Below are positions 8,942 through 18,330 of a DNA stretch of 64,000 nucleotides, in pieces (positions within the stretch are counted from its first letter, which is position 1; the number at the start of each line of letters is the position of its first letter). The notes under the pieces are model-generated. The model was given only the letters and a program-made list of their open reading frames with translations, did no database searches and was not told the DNA's origin. The position numbers were made by a program, and so were the translations under genes. Origin of the DNA: an uncultured Gemmatimonadales bacterium (GTDB lineage: Bacteria; Gemmatimonadota; Gemmatimonadetes; Gemmatimonadales; GWC2-71-9); assembly GCA_963795085.1 (NCBI GenBank), contig CAWCFX010000001.1, positions 800,001 to 864,000 of the forward strand. Direction: 5' to 3'.

Positions 8942-10675
8942 TCAGTCCGGGGAACTCACGATTTCTACCGCCACCTTGTGGGGCCGTCCGTTCTGCACCG
9001 AGAGGACCACCAGGTTGACGCCGGCCCCGCCGCCGATGGGAATCCGCATCCCGGGCGACGGCTTTTGCGACATGGTCCGGTCCAGCCAGTCGGCCAGCGG
9101 CTCGTCCCGGGCCTTGCCGAGCTCGAGGCCATAGAAGTCCTCCAGGTCCCCCAGGGTGGCGACCTTGGCGTCCAGGCTGAACTCGTGCTCCCCGGCCAGG
9201 ACCATCTCGTCGGGCAGCCGCTCGGCGAACAGTTCGGCCACCACCTTCCGGTAGGAGACCGCGCTCAGCACGTACACCTGGTCGCCGTCCCGCATGACCG
9301 TCTTCCCGCGCGGGGAGATCACGTCTTTCTGCCGCACGATGAGCACCACCAGCGAGTCGGCGGGGAGCGCGAGCTTGCCGACCTCCTGGTCGGCGGCGTG
9401 GCTCCCGGCTTCCACCCGGTAGCCGAGCAGTTCCTGGCCGGTCTCCCGCAGGGCGGTCAGCTCCAGTGACACCGAGGCATCGGCGCTTTCTGACACCAGC
9501 TTGCCCAGCCGCCGGGCGATAGGGCCCAGCAGGGTGGACTGCACCAGCACCGAGAAGAGCACGACGAAGAACGTCACGTCGAAGATCGTGGCGGCACCGG
9601 GCAGGCCGGCAGCGAGGGGAATAGTGGCGAACACCACCGGGACGGCGCCGCGGAGCCCGCCCAGCGTGATGACCAGCCGGTCCCGCCAGTCGTAGCGGAA
9701 GAAGAGGGTGGCCACCCAGACCGAGAGCGGCCGTGCGATGAACACCAGGACCAGGGCGATGGCAATGCCCACCGGCGCCGCCGCAATCAGCCGGCTGGGA
9801 AAGGCGAGCAGGCCCAGCAGCACGAAGACGCCCACCTGGGCGATCCACGCGATGCCGTCGTGAAAGCGGCGGAGCCCGCGTTCGAAGGGCAGCCGGGCGT
9901 GGCCGATGAGCACCCCCGCGGCATACACGGCGATAAACCCGCTGCCGTGAAGTACGTGGGCCGCGCCATAGGCCAGGATGCCGCAGGCGAGGGAGAAGAC
10001 CAGGTAGAGTCCCGCGACGTCGAGGTGGAGCCGGCGCATGATCGCCGTGGCGGCCCAGCCGATCCCGCCCCCGATGGCGAGACCGATCCCCATCTGGAAG
10101 GCGAAGTTGGTGATGACCGACCACCAGGGCGGGCTGGTGCTCCCGGCCAGCATCGCCGTGAGGGTGACCACCAGGAAGATGGCGATCGGGTCGTTGAGTC
10201 CGGACTCGACCTCCAGCGTGGCCTTGAGCCGTTCCGGCAGGGTGACGCCCCGCCCGCGGAATGCCGCGAAGACGGCGGCCGCGTCGGTCGAGCCCAGGAT
10301 GCTGCCAAGGAGGAGGCCTTCGGTCCACCCGAGATTGAGCAGCAGCACCGCGGCGGCCCCGATGATCACCGCCGAGATCAGGACGCCAATGGTGGCGAGG
10401 AGGATGGTCGGACCGGCCACCCGGCGGATGTGGCGGACGGGGGTGCCTAGTCCGCCATCGTACAGGATCAGCGCCATCAGCCCGATGGAGAGGCCGCTGG
10501 TCAGCTGGGCATCGTTGAGCACGATGCCAACCGGCCCTTCTTCGCCGGCCAGCAGCCCGACGCCGACGAAAAGGATGATCAGGGGGACACCCGATCGCAG
10601 GGACAGGCGGCTCGACAGCACTCCCGCGATGAGGAGTACGCCGGTGATCAGCATCAGGCGGGCGGCTTGGTCCAT
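8942..10675 (-). CDS. cvrA: K+/H+ antiporter NhaP2 (CPA1) with TrkA-C and CorC-like tail
   Basis: 'GSTDAAAVF', 'LEVESGLNDP', 'GLRGAVPVVFAT', many TMs and an RCK-C domain. Confidence 0.88.
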   Translation of the reverse strand: MDQAARLMLITGVLLIAGVLSSRLSLRSGVPLIILFVGVGLLAGEEGPVGIVLNDAQLTSGLSIGLMALILYDGGLGTPVRHIRRVAGPTILLATIGVLISAVIIGAAAVLLLNLGWTEGLLLGSILGSTDAAAVFAAFRGRGVTLPERLKATLEVESGLNDPIAIFLVVTLTAMLAGSTSPPWWSVITNFAFQMGIGLAIGGGIGWAATAIMRRLHLDVAGLYLVFSLACGILAYGAAHVLHGSGFIAVYAAGVLIGHARLPFERGLRRFHDGIAWIAQVGVFVLLGLLAFPSRLIAAAPVGIAIALVLVFIARPLSVWVATLFFRYDWRDRLVITLGGLRGAVPVVFATIPLAAGLPGAATIFDVTFFVVLFSVLVQSTLLGPIARRLGKLVSESADASVSLELTALRETGQELLGYRVEAGSHAADQEVGKLALPADSLVVLIVRQKDVISPRGKTVMRDGDQVYVLSAVSYRKVVAELFAERLPDEMVLAGEHEFSLDAKVATLGDLEDFYGLELGKARDEPLADWLDRTMSQKPSPGMRIPIGGGAGVNLVVLSVQNGRPHKVAVEIVSSPD

Positions 10676-10749
10676 CCCGGAAGATAAAGCGGTCGAACCG
10701 GGCGGGCGAAAACAGCGGGACGGCCTTGCCGGCCGCCCCGTTCCTCGGC

Positions 10750-10881
10750 TTACACCACTTCGGGAGCGGCAGCCTGGTCAGGCCGGGCCGGGGCCTCGGG
10801 GGCCTTCTCACCGGACGGCAGCAGCAGCCAGCTCAGCATGAGGCCGGCGAAGAGCGCGAGCGCAACGGGAAACAGCTCCAT
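10750..10881 (-). CDS. Small 43-aa single-TM protein (not in ORF track)
   Basis: MELFPVALALFAGLMLSWLLLPSGEKAPEAPARPDQAAAPEVV*; AGGAG RBS overlapping the amtB stop. Confidence 0.55.
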   Translation of the reverse strand: MELFPVALALFAGLMLSWLLLPSGEKAPEAPARPDQAAAPEVV

Positions 10882-10893
10882 GGGTGGGTGCTC

Positions 10894-12135
10894 CTAGGAA
10901 ATGGTTGGCTGGTACGCGGCTTCGCCATGCTGGCTCAGGTCGAGGCCGCGGGCTTCTTCCTCGGCGGAGACCCGTACGCCGACCACCAGGTTGACGATCT
11001 TGAGCAGCCCCCAGGTGGCGGCGGCGGAGTAGGCCGCCACCGCGGCCACGGCGATGGCCTGGATTCCCAGTTGGCCGAGATTTCCGTAGAGCGCGCCGTC
11101 GGCACCGGCGGGATTGGCGAGCCTGGTCGCGAAGATCCCGGTCGCGAGCGCGCCGATGGTTCCCCCCACGCCATGGACGCCGAACACGTCCAGGGAATCG
11201 TCGGCGATGCGCCGCACCAGCTCGACCGCGAAGAAGCAGCCCAGCCCGGCGAGAAAACCGATGACAATGGCGCCGGTGGGAGTCACGAAACCGGCGGCAG
11301 GGGTAATGCCAACCAGGCCGGCGACCGCGCCCACCGTGGCGCCCACCACCCCCGGCTTGCGGTGCCGCATCCAGCTCGCGGTCATCCAGGTGAGGGCCGC
11401 CATGGCGGCGGCCGTGTTGGTCGCGACGAACGCGGTGGTGGCAAGCGCGCCGGCGCTCAGGGCGCTCCCCGCGTTGAATCCGAACCAGCCGAACCAGAGG
11501 AGCCCCGCGCCGGTGACGGTCATGGTCGCGTCGTGCGGCTCCACCGGCTTCTCTCCCACGCCCATCCGCCGGCCCAGTACCAGCGCGCAGACCAGGGCGG
11601 ACACGCCGGAGGCGATGTGCACGACGGTGCCGCCGGCAAAATCCAGCGCGCCCAGCTGGCGCAGCCAGCCGCCCTCCCCCCAGACCCAGTGGGCGACCGG
11701 ATCGTACACCAGGGTCGCCCAGAGCAGGGTGAACAGCGCGTAGGCCTTGAACCGCTTGCGCTCGGCAAAGGCGCCGGAGATCAGCGCCGGGGTGATCGCC
11801 GCGAACATCAACTGGAAGACCATGAACGCCTGGTGCGGCACCGTCGCGGCGTAGGCGGGGTGGGGGGCCGCTCCCACGCCGGCGAGGCCCACCCAGTCCA
11901 GGCCGCCGATCAGGCCGCCGTGGTCGGGGCCGAAGGCCAGGCTGTAGCCGAAGAGCACCCACTGGATGCTCACCAGCGCCAGGCAGAAGAAGCTGTGCAT
12001 GATCGTGGAGAGCACGTTCTTCTCCCGGACCAGCCCCCCATAGAACAGCGCAAGGCCGGGGATCATCAGCATGACCAGCGCGGACGACATCAGGACCCAG
12101 GCGGTATCGGCGGAGTCTATGCCGGTGGGGTTCAC
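10894..12135 (-). CDS. amtB: Ammonium transporter
   Basis: 'MIPGLALFYGG', 'FQLMFAAIT', 'DFAGGTVVH', 'LWFGWFGFNAGS', 'DDSLDVFGVHG'. Confidence 0.97.
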   Translation of the reverse strand: MNPTGIDSADTAWVLMSSALVMLMIPGLALFYGGLVREKNVLSTIMHSFFCLALVSIQWVLFGYSLAFGPDHGGLIGGLDWVGLAGVGAAPHPAYAATVPHQAFMVFQLMFAAITPALISGAFAERKRFKAYALFTLLWATLVYDPVAHWVWGEGGWLRQLGALDFAGGTVVHIASGVSALVCALVLGRRMGVGEKPVEPHDATMTVTGAGLLWFGWFGFNAGSALSAGALATTAFVATNTAAAMAALTWMTASWMRHRKPGVVGATVGAVAGLVGITPAAGFVTPTGAIVIGFLAGLGCFFAVELVRRIADDSLDVFGVHGVGGTIGALATGIFATRLANPAGADGALYGNLGQLGIQAIAVAAVAAYSAAATWGLLKIVNLVVGVRVSAEEEARGLDLSQHGEAAYQPTIS

Positions 12136-12353
12136 GAAAGCTCCAGGTGAAGTGCGGGGCAGGGCGGGCCGGCCCGCCCCGGTTTATCAGGCGTCGTCAG
12201 GAAGAACTCGTACGGATGGGGCCGCCGGTTCACCGCCGGCAGGTCCCGGGTCCGTTTCATCGCCTGCCAGGTTGCGATGGCGTCGGGCGTGAAGACATCG
12301 CCTTCGAGCAGGAACTCGTGGTCGGCGTCCAGCGCATCGAGGGTGGTGGCCAT
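12132..12353 (-). pseudogene. glnA: C-terminal fragment of glutamine synthetase I (mini-ORF or remnant)
   Basis: 'LDALDADHEFLLEGDVFTPDAIATW...K...RPHPYEFFL' matches the GSI C-terminus; a frameshift precedes the ancestral 'YDA*' end (TGA at 12187-12189). Confidence 0.8.
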
Positions 12354-12413
12354 GTCGCTCCGCTGGACGGCTGTGGTGGTGAAGAACCGGGAGATCCAGA
12401 AAATGGATCGGTG

Positions 12414-12442
12414 AGAATACCACCCGGTACATTAGCTGTCAA
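12414..12442 (-). promoter_or_regulatory. Sigma70 promoter for the glnA'-amtB unit
   Basis: TTGACA-N17-TATTCT with a TG extended -10; AT-rich region upstream. Confidence 0.75.
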
Positions 12443-12630
12443 GCAAATCCTGCCGATTATGCAACAAAGCATGACGTTTTTAACTTTTATTCCGCTATTT
12501 GTGTAAAGGTGAGCGATGAGAGTTGCATACCTTGCAGAATTCTGGGTACAACTGTGGCATGCCTGGGCCAACACCCCTGGTTCCCCGGCCCGGGTCGCCC
12601 GGAAGCCCGGGCGCGCCTTAGATTCCCGGG

Positions 12631-14322
12631 GTGAGCCAGCCGCGATGTTCCACCTGCCAGGCGCCCCTCGCGGCGGATGCGCTGTTCTGCATGAGCTGTG
12701 GCATGCCGGTGGGTTCGACCCCGGTGACCCGGGCGCCGTCGCGGGAGGGGGACATCCCGGTCCGCGACCGCCTGTCCAAGGCGCTGGGTCTCAAGTTCGA
12801 GGTGCGGGGGACGCTGGGCCGGGGCGGGTTCGCCGAGGTGTTTGAGGTGTTCGACCAGGACCTGCACCGGCGCCTGGCGGTCAAGGTGCTCCACCCCGAA
12901 ATCGCCTGGACCGGCGGCATGATCCTCCGCTTCAAGCAGGAGGCCCGGACCCTGGCCCGGCTGGACCACCCCAACATTCTTCCCATTCATTTCGTGGGCG
13001 AGGGTGAAGGGCTGGTCTATTACGCGATGCCGCTGGTGGAGGGCGAGACCGTTGCCGGGCTGTTGCGGGGGAAGCCGGCGCTGCCGGTGGACCAGGCCTT
13101 GGACATCGCCCGTCCGGTCCTGGACGCTCTCGACCACGCCCATGCCCTGGGGTTGGTCCACCGCGACATCAAGCCCGAGAACATCCTCATCCAGCGCAGT
13201 AACGGGCGGGTGCTGCTGGTGGATTTCGGAATTGCCAAGCAGCTGGGCGAGGCGACCAGCGGACTGACCGCGACCGGGTTTACCCTGGGTACGCCCCACT
13301 ACATGGCGCCGGAGCAGGCGCTGGGGCAGGGCAACCTGGACCACCGCGCGGATCTCTATGCCACCGGCGCGGTGCTGTACCAGATGGTCATCGGCGCGCC
13401 GCCGTACGAGGGTGAGTCGTCCCAGGAGATCGTCGGCAAGCATATCGCCGAACCCATCCCCCGGCCCAGTACCCGGGACACCCGGGTTCCCCACTGGCTG
13501 AGCGAGGTGATCGTACGCCTGCTGGCCAAGCGTCCGGAGGACCGATACCAGTCGGCGGCCGCCGTGCTGGAGGCGCTCGCCCTGGGGCGGGTCTCCGGCA
13601 AACAGGCGGCCGTCAGCGGGGACAGTGTGGCCCGCCGCATCGAGGCGGAGCAGACCGCCGTCATTCCCAGCCAGGAGCGTCCCGTGACTACTCCATCCAC
13701 GCCCGTCCCCGAAACCCGCCGGCGCGGGTCAGGGTGGCTGCTGCTTCTCCTGGTCGCGGCGCTCGCGGTCGCCGGCTACCTGCTGTTCCAGGGCGGGCCG
13801 ACCCTCGTCATCCAGAACCGGCTGGTAGAACCGGTCAAGGTCATCGCCGGGGGGCAGGAGCGGCAGGTCGCCGAAGGGGGTGAGGTGGCGATTCCACTCA
13901 AGCGGGGGGAGCGGCTCTTCGCCCAATGGTACCTGGTGCAGCCGCTGGGCCCCGGCGGCAAGCCGCTGGGTGAGTTGCTGCAGGGCACACTGCAGCAGGA
14001 CCAGGCGCGCGGCCGGGTAATCCTGGAGATCACGGCCCGCACCAGGGACGGCGCCCATTTCGCTCCCCTGGTGTCCAACGGCACCGACCGGCCGGTGCGT
14101 ATCATCGTGAACGCCGGATTGGCGGGGTCCACCGATTGCGAGTGCGGCGTGCCGGCCGGCTCCACCCGAACCCGGATCGGGTACTATCGGCTCTTCCAGA
14201 ACAGCACCGTGCGGGCCGTGGACGGGCAGGGCCGGAGCGCGACATTTCGGGACCTCGGCCCCCAGGTTCGGGATGCGGGAGGAAGTGTCGGACTGCGCTT
14301 CAACGCCGGCGACTTCCAGTAG
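12631..14322 (+). CDS. Hanks-type Ser/Thr protein kinase with N-terminal zinc ribbon and one TM
   Basis: CxxC...CxxC; GRGGFAEV, AVK, HRDIKPEN, DFG, GTPHYMAPEQ; TM 'WLLLLLVAALAVAGYLLF'. Confidence 0.95.
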   Translation: MSQPRCSTCQAPLAADALFCMSCGMPVGSTPVTRAPSREGDIPVRDRLSKALGLKFEVRGTLGRGGFAEVFEVFDQDLHRRLAVKVLHPEIAWTGGMILRFKQEARTLARLDHPNILPIHFVGEGEGLVYYAMPLVEGETVAGLLRGKPALPVDQALDIARPVLDALDHAHALGLVHRDIKPENILIQRSNGRVLLVDFGIAKQLGEATSGLTATGFTLGTPHYMAPEQALGQGNLDHRADLYATGAVLYQMVIGAPPYEGESSQEIVGKHIAEPIPRPSTRDTRVPHWLSEVIVRLLAKRPEDRYQSAAAVLEALALGRVSGKQAAVSGDSVARRIEAEQTAVIPSQERPVTTPSTPVPETRRRGSGWLLLLLVAALAVAGYLLFQGGPTLVIQNRLVEPVKVIAGGQERQVAEGGEVAIPLKRGERLFAQWYLVQPLGPGGKPLGELLQGTLQQDQARGRVILEITARTRDGAHFAPLVSNGTDRPVRIIVNAGLAGSTDCECGVPAGSTRTRIGYYRLFQNSTVRAVDGQGRSATFRDLGPQVRDAGGSVGLRFNAGDFQ

Positions 14323-14324
14323 AG

Positions 14325-14390
14325 TCCCCCCCCACTCCCATTCCCCCATTCCCCCTTGCCCCCTTGCCCCCTTACCCTCTTGCCCCCTTT
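14325..14390 (+). repeat. 8-bp tandem repeat (CCCCTTGC/CCCCATTC)
   Basis: Direct inspection. Confidence 0.8.
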
Positions 14391-14398
14391 TCTAAAGC

Positions 14399-15100
14399 AT
14401 GTCTGATCCCGCCGGCGCGATCATTTACTACGTCGTCTTCCTGTTCTCCACGACCCTGCACGAGGCGGCCCACGCCTGGGCCGCGGCCCGCGGCGGCGAT
14501 CTCACGGCCTATCACGGCGGCCAGGTATCGCTGAGTCCGGTGCCGCATATCCGGCGGGAGCCGATCGGGATGGTCGTCCTCCCGCTCCTGTCGCTGGTGA
14601 TGATCGGATGGCCCTTCGGCTATGCCAGCGCCCCCTATGACATGGCCTGGGCCCGCCGGTATCCCCGGCGGGCGGGGCTGATGGCGCTGGCGGGACCGGC
14701 CTCCAACCTGGCGCTCGCCCTGATCGCGGTCGGGCTGATCCGCCTGGGCATGCTGGCTGGCTGGTTCTATGCGCCGCCGACTGTGAGCTTCGGGGAAATG
14801 GTGGGCACCGACCTGGGCCAGCTGTGGCCGGCCGCCGCCCGCATGGTGGGCATCCTGTTCTCGCTCAACCTGCTGCTCTGCGTCTTCAACCTGCTGCCCT
14901 TCCCGCCGCTGGACGGGGCCGGTGCCCTCCCGCTCCTCATGAATCCCCGGACCACCCGGCGATACCAGGACGCGGTCTGGGGCAACCCAATGATCTCCCT
15001 GATCGGCATCCTGATCGCCTGGCAGGTCTTTCCCAAGGTGTTCCAGCCCCTGTTCTTCGGGGCGATCAAGCTGGTGTATCCGGAGATGAGCTACCATTAG
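14399..15100 (+). CDS. Site-2 protease (peptidase M50)
   Basis: HEAAH, 'ALAGPASN', 'FNLLPFPPLDG'. Confidence 0.92.
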   Translation: MSDPAGAIIYYVVFLFSTTLHEAAHAWAAARGGDLTAYHGGQVSLSPVPHIRREPIGMVVLPLLSLVMIGWPFGYASAPYDMAWARRYPRRAGLMALAGPASNLALALIAVGLIRLGMLAGWFYAPPTVSFGEMVGTDLGQLWPAAARMVGILFSLNLLLCVFNLLPFPPLDGAGALPLLMNPRTTRRYQDAVWGNPMISLIGILIAWQVFPKVFQPLFFGAIKLVYPEMSYH

Positions 15101-15102
15101 GA

Positions 15103-15262
15103 GGGGCGGGCGAACCTGGGCGGGCGAACTGGGCGGACAGTATCTCGACTGATTTTCCGCTCCGCCCTTCATGTCCGCCCTTCATGTCCGCCCATTTTCA
15201 TGTCCGCCCTTCATGTCCGCCCTTCATGTCCGCCCTTCATGTCCGCCCTTCATGTCTGCCCT
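15103..15262. repeat. 13-bp tandem repeats (CGCCCTTCATGTC) with an inverted partner tract
   Basis: About 7 copies at 15162-15260; the upstream GGGCGGGCGAAC/GGGCGGACA tract is reverse-complementary. Confidence 0.85.
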
Positions 15263-16455
15263 CTGACCCCGCCTGGTTCGGCCTTATCCACCAGCTTGGC
15301 CACCTTCATCGCGTCAAACCCATACTTCTCCCGCACCTTGTCCACGGCGCTGGTGATCTCGCGGGCCCGGGTCCGCTGTTCCGGCTCGAAGAGATCGGCC
15401 GGGCCGGCCACGACGATGTTGGTGGCCGCGACGCCGATCAGGCGGGCGCCCTGGTTCCGGGCCCGCATCTCGGCGTAGGCCGGCCCGAACAGCTCCCGGG
15501 CGGCGGCGTAGATCTCGCCGTCCAGGCTGGTGGGTTGCGCCAGTGTCTTCCGGCGGGTAACGGTGCGGAAATCCCCGTGGCGGAGCTTGAGCTGGACGGT
15601 ACGGGCGGCGAGTCCTTCATCTCTCAACTGGGCCGCGACCCGCGCGGCGAACAGGGTGAGGATCCGGTCCAGCCGGGCCGGGTCGGTGCTGTCGGCGGAG
15701 AGGGTGGTCTCCCGGCTCACCGACTTTGGCAGCTGGCCGGGCGTGAGGACGGTGCCGCCATGGCCGTGGGCCCGGTATTTAAGCGCCTTGGCATCGGAGC
15801 CAACCAGGGCCGTCAGCTGCTCGAGCGACAGCTTCTGGACCTGCCAGACTTCGGCCAGGCCCAGCCGGGCCAGGTGGGCCGCCGTCTTGGGGCCAATCCC
15901 GGGCAGGGCGCCGAGCGGCAGGCCGGCGACGAAGCCGGCTTCCCAGCCGGGTCGAATTTCCATCAGCCCCCGGGGCTTGGCCGCGTCGGATGCCAGCTTG
16001 GCGATCATCCGGTTGGGTCCGATGCCGATGCTGCAATCAAGCCCGGCGGCGGTCCGCACCGCCTGCCGGATCTGCTCGGCCACCGGCAGGAGCGACACCG
16101 GGTAAAGCAACTCGGTTCCGGTGAAGTCGAGATAGGCCTCGTCCAGCGATGCCATCACCACGGTGGGCGAGAAATCCTGGAGCACCGCCCGGACCTCCCG
16201 GGAGGCCTGCCGGTAGTGGGCAAACGTGCCCTGGAAGAACGTGGCCTCCGGGCAGAGCCGCACCGCCTGGGCGATGGGCATCCCGGAACGGACACCGAAC
16301 TTCCGGGCGGCGTAGGACGCCGATTGGACCACGCCGCGCTGTTCCCGCCGTCCTCCCACCACCAGCAGATCCACGGTTCGCAGTTCCGGATGGAACCGGC
16401 GGCAAACCTCCACGAAAAAGGCGTCGAGGTCAACGTGAACGAAGCGGGGGGGCAT
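15250..16455 (-). CDS. dinB: DNA polymerase IV (Y family)
   Basis: 'HVDLDAFF', 'SASYAARKFGVRSGMP', 'SLDEAYLD', 'AKLASDAAKPRG'. Confidence 0.95.
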   Translation of the reverse strand: MPPRFVHVDLDAFFVEVCRRFHPELRTVDLLVVGGRREQRGVVQSASYAARKFGVRSGMPIAQAVRLCPEATFFQGTFAHYRQASREVRAVLQDFSPTVVMASLDEAYLDFTGTELLYPVSLLPVAEQIRQAVRTAAGLDCSIGIGPNRMIAKLASDAAKPRGLMEIRPGWEAGFVAGLPLGALPGIGPKTAAHLARLGLAEVWQVQKLSLEQLTALVGSDAKALKYRAHGHGGTVLTPGQLPKSVSRETTLSADSTDPARLDRILTLFAARVAAQLRDEGLAARTVQLKLRHGDFRTVTRRKTLAQPTSLDGEIYAAARELFGPAYAEMRARNQGARLIGVAATNIVVAGPADLFEPEQRTRAREITSAVDKVREKYGFDAMKVAKLVDKAEPGGVRGQT

Positions 16456-16676
16456 TGATGAAGCATGGCGGAGGGGGCCAGCCAAGGGGAAGCTCTGTGG
16501 CATTTCCGGCACAGCGCCCTGTGGTTCTGATCCATCACTGAGGCGCGGTTCCTCGGTTGGTAACAACCATTTGAGGAGCCTTGCGCAAAATTCCGGGCTC
16601 GGTATGGTTGCTGCAGGAAAAACGGCCTGAACGCCACCCCTGCCATTAACCAGAACATTTCTAGAGGACGGATCCC

Positions 16677-18104
16677 ATGATGCGTCGTACCTTCGGCATG
16701 GGCGTGTTGCTCATGCTTGCCGCGTGCGCAGGTGAGCCCGAAAGCAATTCCGCGGTGAATCCGGACGGCATGTCGGGATCCCGCCGATACATCGTCGTGC
16801 TGAAGGATGGTCCCGCGGCCGGCCCCGCCATGGCCGGCGCCGTGGCCCGTTCCCAGGGCATCACGCCGGTCCACGTGTACCAGGTGGTCCTGCCCGGCTT
16901 CGTCGCGACCCTCGACCAGGCGGCCGTCTCGGCGCTGCGGAGCGACCCGCGGGTCAGCTACATCGAGGAGGACCGGCCGGTCAGCATCAGCACCACCCAG
17001 ACCCCGACGGTGAACTGGGGCCTGGACCGGATCGACCAGTTGAACCTGCCGCTCAACAACAGCTATACCTACAACCGGACCGGCGCCGGGGTGCACTTCT
17101 ACGGCATCGACACCGGCATCCTGCCGACCCACGTGGACGTGGCCGGGCGGATGGGGAACGGGTTTACCTCGATCATTGACGGCAACGGTACCAACGACTG
17201 TAACGGACACGGCACCCACACGGCCACCACTGCGGCCGGCACGACCTACGGGGTGGCCAAGGCCATGACCATCCACCCGGTGCGGGTGCTGGACTGCGGC
17301 GGTTCCGGCTCCACGGCCGGCGTCATCGCGGGCATTGACTGGGTCACCCAGAACCGGGTGCTCCCGGCAGTGGCCAACATGAGCCTCGGCGGCTCGGTCA
17401 GCCAGGCGGAAAACCAGGCGGTCGCGGCCTCGGTCGCGTCCGGAGTGGTGTACGCCGTGTCTGCCGGCAACAGCAACACGCTGGCCTGTAACCAGTCCCC
17501 CGCCAGCGAGCCGTCGGCCCTGACGACCGCGGCCAGCAACAAGCAGGACAAGAAGGCGAGCTTCTCCAACTACGGGACCTGCGTGGATCTCTACGCGCCG
17601 GGCGTCAACATCACCGCGGGCTACATCGGCAGCAATACCGCCACGGCGGCGCTCTCCGGCACCTCGATGGCGTCGCCGCATGTGGCGGGCGTGGCCGGTC
17701 TCTATCTCGAGGCCAATCCGACCCACACCCCCGCCCAGGTCGCCGCGGCGCTGCTGGCCAATGCCACCGCCAACAAGATCGCCAACCCCGGCGTGGGCAC
17801 GCCGAACAAGCTGCTCTATATGGGCTTCATTACGGGAGGCGGGCCGGGCAACCAGCCGCCGGTGGCGAGCTTCACCTATTCCTGCGTGGCCGCCACCCAC
17901 AGTTGTACCCTCGACGGCTCCGGCTCCACCGACGATGTCGGCGTGGTTTCCTACGTCTGGAAGCGGAGCAACGGGAGCCAGATCGGCAGCGGGGTCTCTA
18001 TCAACGTCGGGTTCCCGCGGGCGGGTACCTTCCCGGTCTCGCTGACCGTGACGGATGCCGGGAACCTGTCGCACACCCAGACCCAGTCGGTCGTAGTGCC
18101 CTGA
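16677..18104 (+). CDS. S8 subtilisin (aqualysin/proteinase K-like) lipoprotein with I9 propeptide and PKD domain
   Basis: Lipobox LAAC; catalytic [16 protein letters not shown]-terminal PKD. Confidence 0.95.
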   Translation: MMRRTFGMGVLLMLAACAGEPESNSAVNPDGMSGSRRYIVVLKDGPAAGPAMAGAVARSQGITPVHVYQVVLPGFVATLDQAAVSALRSDPRVSYIEEDRPVSISTTQTPTVNWGLDRIDQLNLPLNNSYTYNRTGAGVHFYGIDTGILPTHVDVAGRMGNGFTSIIDGNGTNDCNGHGTHTATTAAGTTYGVAKAMTIHPVRVLDCGGSGSTAGVIAGIDWVTQNRVLPAVANMSLGGSVSQAENQAVAASVASGVVYAVSAGNSNTLACNQSPASEPSALTTAASNKQDKKASFSNYGTCVDLYAPGVNITAGYIGSNTATAALSGTSMASPHVAGVAGLYLEANPTHTPAQVAAALLANATANKIANPGVGTPNKLLYMGFITGGGPGNQPPVASFTYSCVAATHSCTLDGSGSTDDVGVVSYVWKRSNGSQIGSGVSINVGFPRAGTFPVSLTVTDAGNLSHTQTQSVVVP

Positions 18105-18123
18105 TCGGCGGGGCTCGGATTAC

Positions 18124-18162
18124 CAGGGGCGCCGGGCCAGCCCGGCGCCCTGCTGTTTTTGT
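18124..18162 (+). terminator. Intrinsic terminator
   Basis: GGGCGCCGGGC-CA-GCCCGGCGCCC followed by a T tract. Confidence 0.8.
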
Positions 18163-18330
18163 TCTATTGAGGACTGCCGAAGTTTGCACTCGCCGGGTCC
18201 ACCGGAAGTGGCGATCATCCTTTGGTAAAATGCTTGCCAAATTGGGACGATCCTGATTGTTTGTAATTCCACCGCGCGCTCTGGCCGGGCCCGCGGCGCT
18301 TCCCTCCCCACCCCCTGTAAGGATGGTTCC

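Noticed and set aside
12443..12570. Sigma54 promoter or NtrC/GlnR box for amtB
   Set aside because: GG/GC spacings are 8-9 rather than 10, and the TGCA pairs lack NtrC spacing; only the sigma70 promoter is supportable.
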